Source of the DNA: Bacteroidia bacterium | Lineage (GTDB): Bacteria; Bacteroidota; Bacteroidia; UKL13-3 | Length of the DNA: 60,850 nucleotides | Direction: 5' to 3' | Assembly (NCBI GenBank): GCA_049318585.1 | Contig: JBMOGB010000001.1 | Location: 1-60,850 of the forward strand | In this document: one piece after another, positions 38,998-48,451 of the stretch | Numbering within the stretch: the stretch's first letter is position 1 | Layout of the letters: each line of letters begins with the position of its first letter | Position numbers and translations under genes: made by a program | The notes under the pieces: model-generated | The model's database searches: none | Told to the model about the DNA's origin: nothing | Seen by the model: the letters and a program-made list of their open reading frames with translations, nothing else

Positions 38998-39769
38998 AAA
39001 AGAAAAAACTGCTAATTTAGAAAAATTTATTGAGCTTTCTGCTTCTTGGCTATTAAAACCAGAAGCGGAAATACAATATAATTATTTGTTATCTAGAGTC
39101 CCAGAAAATAAATTTAAACAATTTAAGTTTGGGTATATGCCAAGCTCAACTGAAGCATTAACAATGTTTTCAGACGAATATGGCTGTATGACTAAATCAG
39201 ATCCAGTAAAAACATTAATTGATTGTAATTTAATTTATTTGACTGATAAATATAATAAGATAACTTCAGCTTTAAAATATCACCAATTATTAGTTCCATT
39301 TTATGATATGTATGGATGCCCAATTGCTATTGCTGGAAGAACTTTGTTATCAGAAGATGATAGGAATGAAAAGAATATCAGCAAATATAAAAATACTCCA
39401 TTTGAAAAAAGAAGGCATTTGTATGGGCTAAATTGCTCTTATAAAAATATTATTAAGAAAAACTATGCTGTGGTTGTAGAAGGACAATTTGACTTTATAT
39501 CAGGCTTTATAAATGGAATAGACAACATAGTAGCTTTAGGTGGCAGTAAATTATCTTTTGAACACATAGCTTTATTAAAAAGATTTACAAATAATTTTTA
39601 TATGCTATTAGATAACGATGAGGCTGGGCAACATGGATTTGAAAAAATAAATAAATCTGCATCAAAATATGATATAAAAATTAATAAAATAATTTTACCA
39701 GATGAGTTTAAAGATCTTGATGAATTTTTAAAAGTTAATAAAATTCATGATATTAGAGACTTGAAATGA
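38990..39769 (+). CDS. dnaG: DNA primase catalytic (TOPRIM) core lacking the zinc-binding domain
   Basis: FGYMP, AGR, KYKNT, LYGL, VVEGQFD, ALGG, LDNDEAG, KDLDE. Confidence 0.9.
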   Translation: MNKKEKTANLEKFIELSASWLLKPEAEIQYNYLLSRVPENKFKQFKFGYMPSSTEALTMFSDEYGCMTKSDPVKTLIDCNLIYLTDKYNKITSALKYHQLLVPFYDMYGCPIAIAGRTLLSEDDRNEKNISKYKNTPFEKRRHLYGLNCSYKNIIKKNYAVVVEGQFDFISGFINGIDNIVALGGSKLSFEHIALLKRFTNNFYMLLDNDEAGQHGFEKINKSASKYDIKINKIILPDEFKDLDEFLKVNKIHDIRDLK

Positions 39770-40881
39770 ATATAACCCTTGAAATCAATATAATTATTAT
39801 ATTTCCTATTACATCTAGTTTCTTCAATTGACCCTTCGTAAATATAGTCACAAGCTTTTATAGCTGCTTTATTACTATATCTTAGAGTATATAATGGTTT
39901 TTTAGAAATTCCAATTGGTAATCTTTTATATATTTTTGTTTTATAATCCACTATATCTCTTATAGAGTTTACAAAAGAAAGTGATGTAGAAGCAAATGTC
40001 AAATGAAATTCTAAATATTTATATCTATATATTTGAGAGCTTCCATCTGCCGCTAAAAAGCCAGATATGAAAAATGGGATCATATTCTTTGGTAATCTTG
40101 GAAAAATTATCTTATCACTTTTATTGCTAACCAACCCAAATTCATCTCTTAATTCATTACATAATCTTTTACTACATATGTTAATAGATATAGCATTTTC
40201 TGATCGTTCATCTCTTCTTATCTTCAATTCTCCCCCAAATAACTTATTAACTTTTTCTAAATTATCTATGTCTTGTAAGCTTGAGTATATAGTTATATGA
40301 GTTTTATCTACATGCCCATCTCCAAAAATAAGTCCTAAAACAAAACATTTTTCTGGCGTAAAATCTAGGAAGGTAAAATTACTTGGCACTTTCGTATTGG
40401 ATATTAATTTCTTTGGTTTTATCCCATTCTTATTTAGTGTATATACTACTGCATATTGGCTAACTCTTAATTGATTAGCTATATCGTTAGTTGGAATATT
40501 ATTTTCATGCAGTTTTATTATTTTACATGCATCTTCTTTTGATATAATTTTATTTTTATGCGCTATTTCTCTTAAGTGTTTTTTATTTTTTAATAAAATT
40601 CTTACTACCCCATATGTTGCACTAAGTTCTTTAGCTATAGTTCTTATAGATTTCTTTTCATTTAAATATAAGTTAATTGCTTTATCTTCATCATATTTTA
40701 ATTTTTGATTATTGTGGCATTCTTTTGGCTTTCTTAGCTCTATATTATTTTTGTTTAATATTTTTGTTGTGGTTTTTCTATTTATTAAAAATTTTTTGGA
40801 TATATCAATAATAGATTCTTTTTTAGTTATATAAAGATTTATAATTTCTGATATTTCTTGAGGAGTTAGTTTTATACCCAT
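39745..40881 (-). CDS. Free-standing LAGLIDADG homing endonuclease with N-terminal HTH repeats
   Basis: FVLGLIFGDG and FISGFLAADG; three HTH-like repeats; antisense to the operon. Confidence 0.85.
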   Translation of the reverse strand: MGIKLTPQEISEIINLYITKKESIIDISKKFLINRKTTTKILNKNNIELRKPKECHNNQKLKYDEDKAINLYLNEKKSIRTIAKELSATYGVVRILLKNKKHLREIAHKNKIISKEDACKIIKLHENNIPTNDIANQLRVSQYAVVYTLNKNGIKPKKLISNTKVPSNFTFLDFTPEKCFVLGLIFGDGHVDKTHITIYSSLQDIDNLEKVNKLFGGELKIRRDERSENAISINICSKRLCNELRDEFGLVSNKSDKIIFPRLPKNMIPFFISGFLAADGSSQIYRYKYLEFHLTFASTSLSFVNSIRDIVDYKTKIYKRLPIGISKKPLYTLRYSNKAAIKACDYIYEGSIEETRCNRKYNNYIDFKGYIHFKSLIS

Positions 40882-40923
40882 ACTATGATATCAGAATATT
40901 AATATAAACTATTGGAGAAAATT

Positions 40924-41370
40924 ATGCGTGACAGAAATTCAAATAGGTCTGACTTCTATCAACATTTAATAATGGAGGTAAGTGTTTGTCCTTTCGTTTT
41001 AAATGATTTATCTTCTGCTCAAGGGATGACATATAGAATAAAGCCAGCGACATATGATGAACAATATTTGGATTTAAAAGATAAATTAAAGAAAAGAATG
41101 TGGGAATTAATAAACTTAGGATTAACTGACAGACAGAAGCAAGTAATTGAATTATCTATGGCGGGATTTACACAAAACGAGATAGCAAAAAAGTTAGGAA
41201 TAAATCAGACTAGTGTTCATAAAGTATTAAAAGGTAACATAGATTATAAAAATGAAAAAAAGAGATATGGCGGAGCATTTAAAAAAATTACTAAATTATG
41301 TCAAATAGACCCTGAAATACAAGAGATATTAGTGCAAATTCAAGAAGTTTGTGAATATTTAGAATTGTAA
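40924..41370 (+). CDS. Sigma-70 region 4/LuxR-type HTH protein
   Basis: LTDRQKQVIEL...GFTQNEIAKKLGINQTSVHK; ATG 40924 after GGAG. Confidence 0.8.
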   Translation: MRDRNSNRSDFYQHLIMEVSVCPFVLNDLSSAQGMTYRIKPATYDEQYLDLKDKLKKRMWELINLGLTDRQKQVIELSMAGFTQNEIAKKLGINQTSVHKVLKGNIDYKNEKKRYGGAFKKITKLCQIDPEIQEILVQIQEVCEYLEL

Positions 41371-41454
41371 CTTATATTAATCATATAATTTTAATATATA
41401 TATATTAGCTAAATATGGCAATCAAATCATATAAATTTGCATAATGGAGGATTG

Positions 41455-41904
41455 ATGGAAAAATATACCATTGACTTTGAAAGACTAGACAAAAACCTTA
41501 ATAAAGCTAATAGAATAAAGCTTGCTGACGTACATAATCGCATTGAAAAAGTTGGATTTGGAGTTGTTCGATTTATGGACGACAGAAATAAAACTAATTT
41601 ATGGCAGGTTGTAGATAACGAGTATATTGTAGCCATGTATGATGAGCCACAATTAGAAGCTACTAGTTCTTGGTCTATTGAGTCTGATAAATTAAATAAA
41701 AACGCAACAATTTTTTATAAGAACACTCCAATAAAAAGCTTGGCTTTTTCAGAGTTGGGAATTAAAGAAGCAGAAATAAATACGTTTAAAACTATTCTTC
41801 CTGAAAGATTAGCTAATAATAGAGAATTAGTTAGGTCTATGGTTAATAGTTTAGATGGCGATTATAAAGACGAATTACTAACCAAATATCCTGAGCTAAA
41901 ATAA
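41455..41904 (+). CDS. Hypothetical protein, first gene of the putative head region
   Basis: ATG 41455 after GGAGG. Confidence 0.75.
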   Translation: MEKYTIDFERLDKNLNKANRIKLADVHNRIEKVGFGVVRFMDDRNKTNLWQVVDNEYIVAMYDEPQLEATSSWSIESDKLNKNATIFYKNTPIKSLAFSELGIKEAEINTFKTILPERLANNRELVRSMVNSLDGDYKDELLTKYPELK

Positions 41905-41913
41905 CGGTGAATT

Positions 41914-43611
41914 ATGATAACAAACCCAAGAGATGTATTAAAAGCTGCGAGCCAATTAAATGATAGTTTTGTTTTAAATGAAAAATTTCCGTTACCATTA
42001 TTAGCAGCAAAAGCAAGGAAAGCTGCATTAAATGATTTAGGAGATCAATCAATTAGGGTCTTATCTACTGTTTTGACAAAGATGTCAGAAAACGGCAAAA
42101 TATTTATAACTCGTGGAGAGTTTAAAAATATTTGTTCAAAATTCGCTTCTACAAATAGTTCTATAAATGATTATTTTTCTGAGGAACTTGGACCACAAGC
42201 AGAAGCTAAACCAGATAGACCTCTCGCTGGACAAGCGACGCAAGAGCATCGTGGATTATATAGTCAAGCAGATTCTTTTATGTCAAATGCACTTTCTGAT
42301 CTTTGGGATTCAGAAGGAAAAATCAACAAGGAAGCTAAAAGTAATTTATTTGATCCATTAGTAGCAAAGCAGGCTCAAAAATTAACTAATCTCGAATTAA
42401 CTAGACTTGGTGTCTCTCCAAAAAATGTTAATGTTTTTGCTGGCACTGATTCTTTTATAATTTGTGATGCATCATATGAAACTCCAAAGGGTGAATCTCA
42501 TTTATTAATTCCAGTTGAAATTTCAAAATCTGGGGCATTAATTCCTAATTTATTTGTAAGCAAACATGGATTAGCAGATTTATCAAGAGAAACAGTAAAA
42601 CAACATGTATTAGCTTCTGCTGGAAGAAGCTTTAATGTAAATTCAAAATTGCTTATTGACACATTAAATTTTGCTAAACAAGCTTCTACAATGAGCGAAT
42701 TTGAAATTAAAGCACTTGCTCTTCAAGATCATGTAAATAATAATAAAATAAGAAAAACAGCATCTAATAGAATGGAAATGCCATTCTCTGATAATGGAAT
42801 TTTTATAAAAGAAATCGATTCAAATAAATCGCAAAATGTTATGATGCAAATGCCAAAAGCTCCAGAATTTGAAAAATTTGCAAGCTCATTAAGTTCAGAA
42901 CGAGGCAAAGCAGAATTTATCTTTGGACAAGACATTATAAATAATACTAAAAGAGCAATAATTTCTAAAGTTGCTTCTTTTGGATATTCCCCACAGGTAT
43001 CAGTGGCATCTTGCGACAAAGAGGATGATATAGTAGTTTATGCTGTAAGAGTAGATACCCCAAATGGTCCAGCTGGATTTGAAGTTATGGCTGAAATGCA
43101 TAAAGATAAAGCTGTACTTCCATCAATAATAAGCGTAGCTGATAAGGCATATGATTTTACAAGCGAAGGAATTGCTTCTATTACTAGGTCTAATTATACT
43201 GATTATAAAACAGTAGCTACTGTATCTCCATTATATGAATTGAAGTCTACAGATATTTTAGAAAATATTAGAACAGCTGCAAACAATGGTGATTTCAAAT
43301 CAGCAGAAGAAGCTTTGTTGGTCCTAGCAGAAAAGGGCAATCAAGAGGTTTATTCACAAGGATTAGCTGAATATATGAGAAGCGTACACGCAAGCTCAAA
43401 TTTATCTCTAAAGAAACAAGCTGCTCAAAAGAGTGGATGTACTAGAATGATTAAAGTTTCTACCCATTCAAATCCAGTATGCGGACATTTGAATGTGCCT
43501 TTAGATCAAGTTTATCAAAATGAGCATGGAGAATGTGTACCTAAATATAGAAAGAATATGACTAATACATATGAAGGAGCATTTTTTAATACATCAAAGA
43601 TTTTTGGATAG
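41914..43611 (+). CDS. Hypothetical protein, putative virion protein
   Basis: 565 aa; internal duplication (YETPKG..L.IPVEI....ALIP vs VDTPNG....VMAEM....AVLP); several KxA motifs; C/H cluster at C-terminus. Confidence 0.7.
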   Translation: MITNPRDVLKAASQLNDSFVLNEKFPLPLLAAKARKAALNDLGDQSIRVLSTVLTKMSENGKIFITRGEFKNICSKFASTNSSINDYFSEELGPQAEAKPDRPLAGQATQEHRGLYSQADSFMSNALSDLWDSEGKINKEAKSNLFDPLVAKQAQKLTNLELTRLGVSPKNVNVFAGTDSFIICDASYETPKGESHLLIPVEISKSGALIPNLFVSKHGLADLSRETVKQHVLASAGRSFNVNSKLLIDTLNFAKQASTMSEFEIKALALQDHVNNNKIRKTASNRMEMPFSDNGIFIKEIDSNKSQNVMMQMPKAPEFEKFASSLSSERGKAEFIFGQDIINNTKRAIISKVASFGYSPQVSVASCDKEDDIVVYAVRVDTPNGPAGFEVMAEMHKDKAVLPSIISVADKAYDFTSEGIASITRSNYTDYKTVATVSPLYELKSTDILENIRTAANNGDFKSAEEALLVLAEKGNQEVYSQGLAEYMRSVHASSNLSLKKQAAQKSGCTRMIKVSTHSNPVCGHLNVPLDQVYQNEHGECVPKYRKNMTNTYEGAFFNTSKIFG

Positions 43612-43617
43612 GTAATT

Positions 43618-44337
43618 ATGACAAATAATAATAAAAATGAAGAATTACAAATTAAGTCTCATCAAATTGCATATGATATAATAAAATCTACTGCAAGCTG
43701 GCTTGAAAATCCAGACAATGAAGTCTTTGGCTTATTTGAATTTGATGAAGATTCGCTTAATATTGCAGCTAAAGCATCAATTATAGCTTCTGAAGTATTA
43801 AAAAAAGCAGCCCTAGATATACAAATAGCGTCTGGAATAGAAGATACAAATAAATATGATAGAAATGTATTGGATGCAATGTATGATTTGCGAGCCATCG
43901 CAGATGACCTAGATGCGTCTGGACATGATTCATTAATGAAAAAAGCAAGCGCTTTAGATGAAATTCTTATTACAATGGCATCTGGAGTTGAAGCTCAAGA
44001 GCAAATGAAAATAAAATTTGAGAAAAAAATTGCAGAAATTCAAAATAGGGCAAAAAAAAAGAAAGTAGCTACTGAAAAAAATATAAAAGAAGCTAATAAA
44101 GAATTAAGACCATTAGAAGCCGCTTTATCAACAAGAACTTGTCCTAATCATCCAGGTGCCCAAATGGCAAGACTAAGAGACGATATTTGGTATTGTATGA
44201 GCTATTCTGAACAAATTGATTATAAAAATGGATATACTACTGCTAAAGGGAATAAAGTTCCTGGCACAGATGTTAATAACCAAACTGATTACGCTAATAA
44301 TTTACAGATTAATACAATGTTTCAAGACAATAAATAA
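43618..44337 (+). CDS. Hypothetical protein, putative virion protein
   Basis: IADDLDASG...KKASALDEIL helix; LSTRTCPNHPG. Confidence 0.7.
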   Translation: MTNNNKNEELQIKSHQIAYDIIKSTASWLENPDNEVFGLFEFDEDSLNIAAKASIIASEVLKKAALDIQIASGIEDTNKYDRNVLDAMYDLRAIADDLDASGHDSLMKKASALDEILITMASGVEAQEQMKIKFEKKIAEIQNRAKKKKVATEKNIKEANKELRPLEAALSTRTCPNHPGAQMARLRDDIWYCMSYSEQIDYKNGYTTAKGNKVPGTDVNNQTDYANNLQINTMFQDNK

Positions 44338-44348
44338 AGAAATGCAAT

Positions 44349-45119
44349 ATGTCAGATTATCACAAGCTATTAAATCATCCAGATCGAGATCAAATAATCT
44401 CTCGTTTAACTGCTGGCGAGCCCGTTAGAGAAGTATCTATATGGCTTAAACAAAAGTATCCAAACAATAAATATAATCAAGCGTCTTTTGCCTTCTTGGA
44501 TAGATTTAGAAGGAATTATTTAAATATTCATGGTACTATCTTAGAAGACTTGAAAACAAAAATTCAAGAACAACAACATGAAGAAATGAATGAGCATATT
44601 AAACAAGTTGTTAAAAAAAATAAAACATATAGTGAAAAGCTCGAAGAGATTGTTGATACACAAATAGATTGGAAAAAAAGACTAAATCAATATTTAAATA
44701 TTGTTGAGACTCGATTTGCTGCTTTATTTGATATGGCTCAAGAAAATCCAAAAAGTTTAAAACCAGACAGAGCTATGATTGATTGGATGCGAAATATGTT
44801 AGAAATGGTAAGAGAAATCAGGAAAGTTGAAGGAGCCCCAGACCAAATAATACAACATAACGTCGCGATAACAGCAGTTGATGAAAAAGTTTCAATATTA
44901 CAACAAGCAGTTATAATGACTCTTTCTGAATTGCCAATTCAAACTTCATCATATCTTATAGATAAATTGCATGAAAATTTAAAACAAGTAGAAGAAGATA
45001 TGAAAAATGGTGGTTCTATTTTTGGAGTTGATAATATTAAAAAAATAGAAACAATCGCTGCTAAAATATTGCCAATGAGTGATATAACTGAAGATAGTGA
45101 GGATTATAAAAATGAATGA
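44349..45119 (+). CDS. Helical protein with N-terminal HTH, candidate small terminase
   Basis: HPDRDQIISRL..GEPVREVSIWL HTH-like start, coiled-coil body, upstream of terL (inference). Confidence 0.4.
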   Translation: MSDYHKLLNHPDRDQIISRLTAGEPVREVSIWLKQKYPNNKYNQASFAFLDRFRRNYLNIHGTILEDLKTKIQEQQHEEMNEHIKQVVKKNKTYSEKLEEIVDTQIDWKKRLNQYLNIVETRFAALFDMAQENPKSLKPDRAMIDWMRNMLEMVREIRKVEGAPDQIIQHNVAITAVDEKVSILQQAVIMTLSELPIQTSSYLIDKLHENLKQVEEDMKNGGSIFGVDNIKKIETIAAKILPMSDITEDSEDYKNE

Positions 45120-47217
45120 TTTTCTTCAAAAAAGAATGAAAGAAGCCTTAACTAAAGCTTCTACTAAAAAATTTAAAAATATAATCGCTTCACAATTTTA
45201 TATTTTTAATAGCTTTGGAATTTCAAATGAAGATGAATTAGAAAAATTTCATTATTTATCACAAACTGTTCCTTTTTATGTGAAAAAAATAACTGGGTCT
45301 TCTGACCAGGATATGTCCAATAAAATAATAAAAAACTCATTAAAAATAAATGATAATGATTTTATTAGATATGATATAAAAGAAGTTGTAGCAAAAGCTT
45401 TTTCAAAATTAAAGCTTATAAAAGTTGCTTATCCAAATGTAAACGATGATATTACACCAATAAAATCATATGACCTAAGTAAGTGGGTTGAAGCATTAAA
45501 TAATATATATGTAAGAACTAAATTATATAATAATAGAAAACTAGCTATAGACCAAATAACTAATAAATGGGAAGACATACAAGAAAAAGCCGATTTTGAA
45601 CGATGGGTAAAATTTTATCAAGATGGTGGTGCTACAATGTATAAATTAGCTGAAGGAATTCCAATGTTACCAATTCAAGCAATACCTGGACTATCTCCTA
45701 GAAATGATAGGTTTGTAGTTCCAGAGAATGAAAACAATGAGCTAGATGGAATAGGCAATGAAAAGCCAGATAAACCTGAAATGTCTATAGAAGATATTCG
45801 AGAAAAAATAGTAAGTAGAATTACTTCTATTGAAAAAATACTTCTAGGAGCATCTAAAAAACTAAAAGATTCAGATTATACTAAATTATTAACTAATTTA
45901 TTAAATTTAAAAAATGATATTTTTCAAGTGAAAACCGCTTCTATGATAGTAGATGTTATAAATAGAACTCAATATTCATTAGAAAAAAGTGGTGTTAGTA
46001 ATGATACTTTAGGCTTATTTTCAAAAATAGCACAGTTAGCTCCTATGCCAGATCTTGGCGGTATGCCAAGTATGCCACCACCTCCAGGCGGCGCTCCTGG
46101 TGCTCCTGGCGGTGCTCCTGGTGCTGAGCAAGCAAATCCAGACGAAGCTTTAAAAGGCTTTGTAAGAAACTTAAAAGAAGCAGCCCCACAGACGCCACCT
46201 TTATCAAAAGATAAGATACCCCCTGCAGTTCCTCCAGCGCCTGGAACGCCTCCAGCGCCTGGAACGCCTCCAGCGCCTGGAACGCCGCCAGCCCCTGGAA
46301 CGCCGCCAGCATCTGGAACTACTGGAACTACTGGAAGTACTGGAGCTACCGCAGCTCCACCAGCAGCAGGAGCACCGCCCGCAGCTCCTGCCGCTCCCGC
46401 CGAGCCAGCTAAGCCAGCTGAACCAGCTGGGGCAAAAAAACCAGAACCTGCTGGACAACCAAAGAAAGCAAGTTGGGTTTATGTGGAAACACCAGAACTT
46501 AAAAAATTAAAGTCAATAGCAAATGGGCTAAGTAATTTAATATTATATGCAAATAAGCAGTTAATAGTTACGGCTCAAATGGCGCCTACAAATATAAATA
46601 ATCCAGAACCAATGGCAATAGATACTGAAACTGCAATACCAGCTCCTCCAGAAGCAGAAGAAGCTGCAAAACAAGAATCAATTCCAAAAACTGTAAAGAA
46701 AAGAATTGAAAGTGAGCCTCTAGTTACAGTTAAACATCCTTCAGATTCATTGCTGCTTGGTATAGACAATGATGTTTTAGAAGGAGCTTTAGACAGTATC
46801 ACTATTAATGATGTAATTACAAGATTACAAGCTTTATCCAAAGTATTTAAAAATAGAGAAATAGCAAGACAATTAGCTATTATAGATATCATGTTAGATA
46901 AACTTGGTATTGCTGGCTTTTTCCCATCACTAGCAGAAGCAACAAGATCTGCTTTGGAATCAAATCAATATTCTCAAACACGTATTGAAGAAATTCTATC
47001 TAAATTAATATCGGCAACAAATGATGAAGGCAAATCAAGAATAAATTCAAATAATGTTCCTGGTGATAGCGTTATAGATAAAGAAATGAAAGAATATATG
47101 GGCGAAAATGAAGTAAAAAATAGCGGACAGCCAGCAAACCAGCAACCTATGCCTCAATCAGCAGCCCCATCTACAGGTATACAACCACCACCTATTGAAA
47201 CTCCATTAGGCATATAA
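45112..47217 (+). CDS. Large protein with Pro/Ala-rich linker, putative virion protein
   Basis: ATG 45112 after GAGG; multiple KxA motifs; PPAPGT repeats. Confidence 0.75.
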   Translation: MNDFLQKRMKEALTKASTKKFKNIIASQFYIFNSFGISNEDELEKFHYLSQTVPFYVKKITGSSDQDMSNKIIKNSLKINDNDFIRYDIKEVVAKAFSKLKLIKVAYPNVNDDITPIKSYDLSKWVEALNNIYVRTKLYNNRKLAIDQITNKWEDIQEKADFERWVKFYQDGGATMYKLAEGIPMLPIQAIPGLSPRNDRFVVPENENNELDGIGNEKPDKPEMSIEDIREKIVSRITSIEKILLGASKKLKDSDYTKLLTNLLNLKNDIFQVKTASMIVDVINRTQYSLEKSGVSNDTLGLFSKIAQLAPMPDLGGMPSMPPPPGGAPGAPGGAPGAEQANPDEALKGFVRNLKEAAPQTPPLSKDKIPPAVPPAPGTPPAPGTPPAPGTPPAPGTPPASGTTGTTGSTGATAAPPAAGAPPAAPAAPAEPAKPAEPAGAKKPEPAGQPKKASWVYVETPELKKLKSIANGLSNLILYANKQLIVTAQMAPTNINNPEPMAIDTETAIPAPPEAEEAAKQESIPKTVKKRIESEPLVTVKHPSDSLLLGIDNDVLEGALDSITINDVITRLQALSKVFKNREIARQLAIIDIMLDKLGIAGFFPSLAEATRSALESNQYSQTRIEEILSKLISATNDEGKSRINSNNVPGDSVIDKEMKEYMGENEVKNSGQPANQQPMPQSAAPSTGIQPPPIETPLGI
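46231..46347 (+). repeat. 18-bp coding tandem repeat cctccagcgcctggaacg (PPAPGT) x5 then 9-bp actggaact-like x3
   Basis: Read directly; GC-rich island. Confidence 0.9.
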
Positions 47218-47218
47218 A

Positions 47219-47953
47219 ATGAAACTTTCAGATTTGTTAAGCATTATAGAACATACTGCAAAAAGAAATAAAATATCAAAGCCATATATAGTTGGAGGCT
47301 TTGTTAGAGATATTTTATTAAAAAGAGTTGATGAGATTAAAGATGTCGATATTACATGCGGAGATAAATCTTCCTTATTATTAGGTCCAGCTGTTGTAAA
47401 AAATATAAAAGGGGCTACATTAATGTCATTTAATGATGGTCATAGCAGATTATCTTATGGTAGCATATACGTTGACTTTAGTAATAATTTTATTGTCCCA
47501 AATATAAAAAAATTGTTGCATGAAAAAAATATAAAATATACAAAGATTATGTATGAAGAATTATATAGTAGAGATTTTACAATGAATTCATTACTGATGC
47601 CTTTAGATATGTCTTCTATAAGCGATTTAACAAATGAAGGGATTGCAGATATTAATAAAAAAATAATAAAAACTTGTTTAAATCCAGAAATAACTTTTAC
47701 GTCTGATCCAAAAAGAATAATTAGACTAATATATTTGTGTTCTAAATTAAATTTTAATCCAGACCATACAGCTATAAACTGGGTTAAGAAAAATGGTAAT
47801 TTATTGTCTAAAGTAAACAATATATATATAAGAAATAAAATAATAAAAGCAATGAAATATGATAAGGAAAAAACAATATCTTTATTAAACACATTAAATT
47901 TAATCAAATATATACCAAATGTTGATACTATTGCTTACAAAATAGAGGCATAA
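47219..47953 (+). CDS. cca: Class II nucleotidyltransferase (CCA-adding/poly(A) polymerase family), short form
   Basis: YIVGGFVRD, DVDI, SRDFTMNSL, SDPKRIIR; only 244 aa. Confidence 0.85.
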   Translation: MKLSDLLSIIEHTAKRNKISKPYIVGGFVRDILLKRVDEIKDVDITCGDKSSLLLGPAVVKNIKGATLMSFNDGHSRLSYGSIYVDFSNNFIVPNIKKLLHEKNIKYTKIMYEELYSRDFTMNSLLMPLDMSSISDLTNEGIADINKKIIKTCLNPEITFTSDPKRIIRLIYLCSKLNFNPDHTAINWVKKNGNLLSKVNNIYIRNKIIKAMKYDKEKTISLLNTLNLIKYIPNVDTIAYKIEA

Positions 47954-48451
47954 ATGAAAAATAAAATAGTAAAATTAGCTATGATAAGAGAGAATGATGA
48001 AAGCCCATGCCCTTATGGATTAACTATTCCAGATGCTTGTATATCTGCTGGTAGGCTTGTTAATAATATGACATCATTAGAATCTGATGATCCAAAAAAA
48101 ATAGAAAAAGAAGATGTGGATAAAATAAAGCAATCTAATAATAGAGTTTTAATGTTATCCAAAGATAAGCCTGCAAGATGCAGATATCTTAACTCTATGT
48201 TTGATAAAAATGAATTTGAAGAAGATACGGAAGCAAAAGTAGAGTGTAGCTTTGGCGATACAGCAGCGGCTGGTGTTGGTAATGCAAATCTTAGTGCAAC
48301 CACTCCTTTAGCTCAATATCTTGGAGTAGGTTACTTCAGTTCACCGCTTGGTTTTTATAATCAAGATCTTACTTATAGCAATGGATTCCAAGCTTATGTT
48401 AATAGATATTTCGCATCATTAAAAGATGATGATAAAATTAAGAAACAATAG
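47954..48451 (+). CDS. Cys-containing hypothetical protein
   Basis: SD GAGG; CPYGL..PDAC...CRY...VECSFGD. Confidence 0.7.
   Translation: MKNKIVKLAMIRENDESPCPYGLTIPDACISAGRLVNNMTSLESDDPKKIEKEDVDKIKQSNNRVLMLSKDKPARCRYLNSMFDKNEFEEDTEAKVECSFGDTAAAGVGNANLSATTPLAQYLGVGYFSSPLGFYNQDLTYSNGFQAYVNRYFASLKDDDKIKKQ

Noticed and set aside
39745-40881. Group I intron around the LAGLIDADG gene
   Set aside because: The ORF is antisense, leaves no room for a ribozyme core, and the flanking genes are unrelated to each other
46043-46458. Minus-strand repeat ORFs (AFQALE, WRRSR)
   Set aside because: Shadows of the PPAPGT repeat
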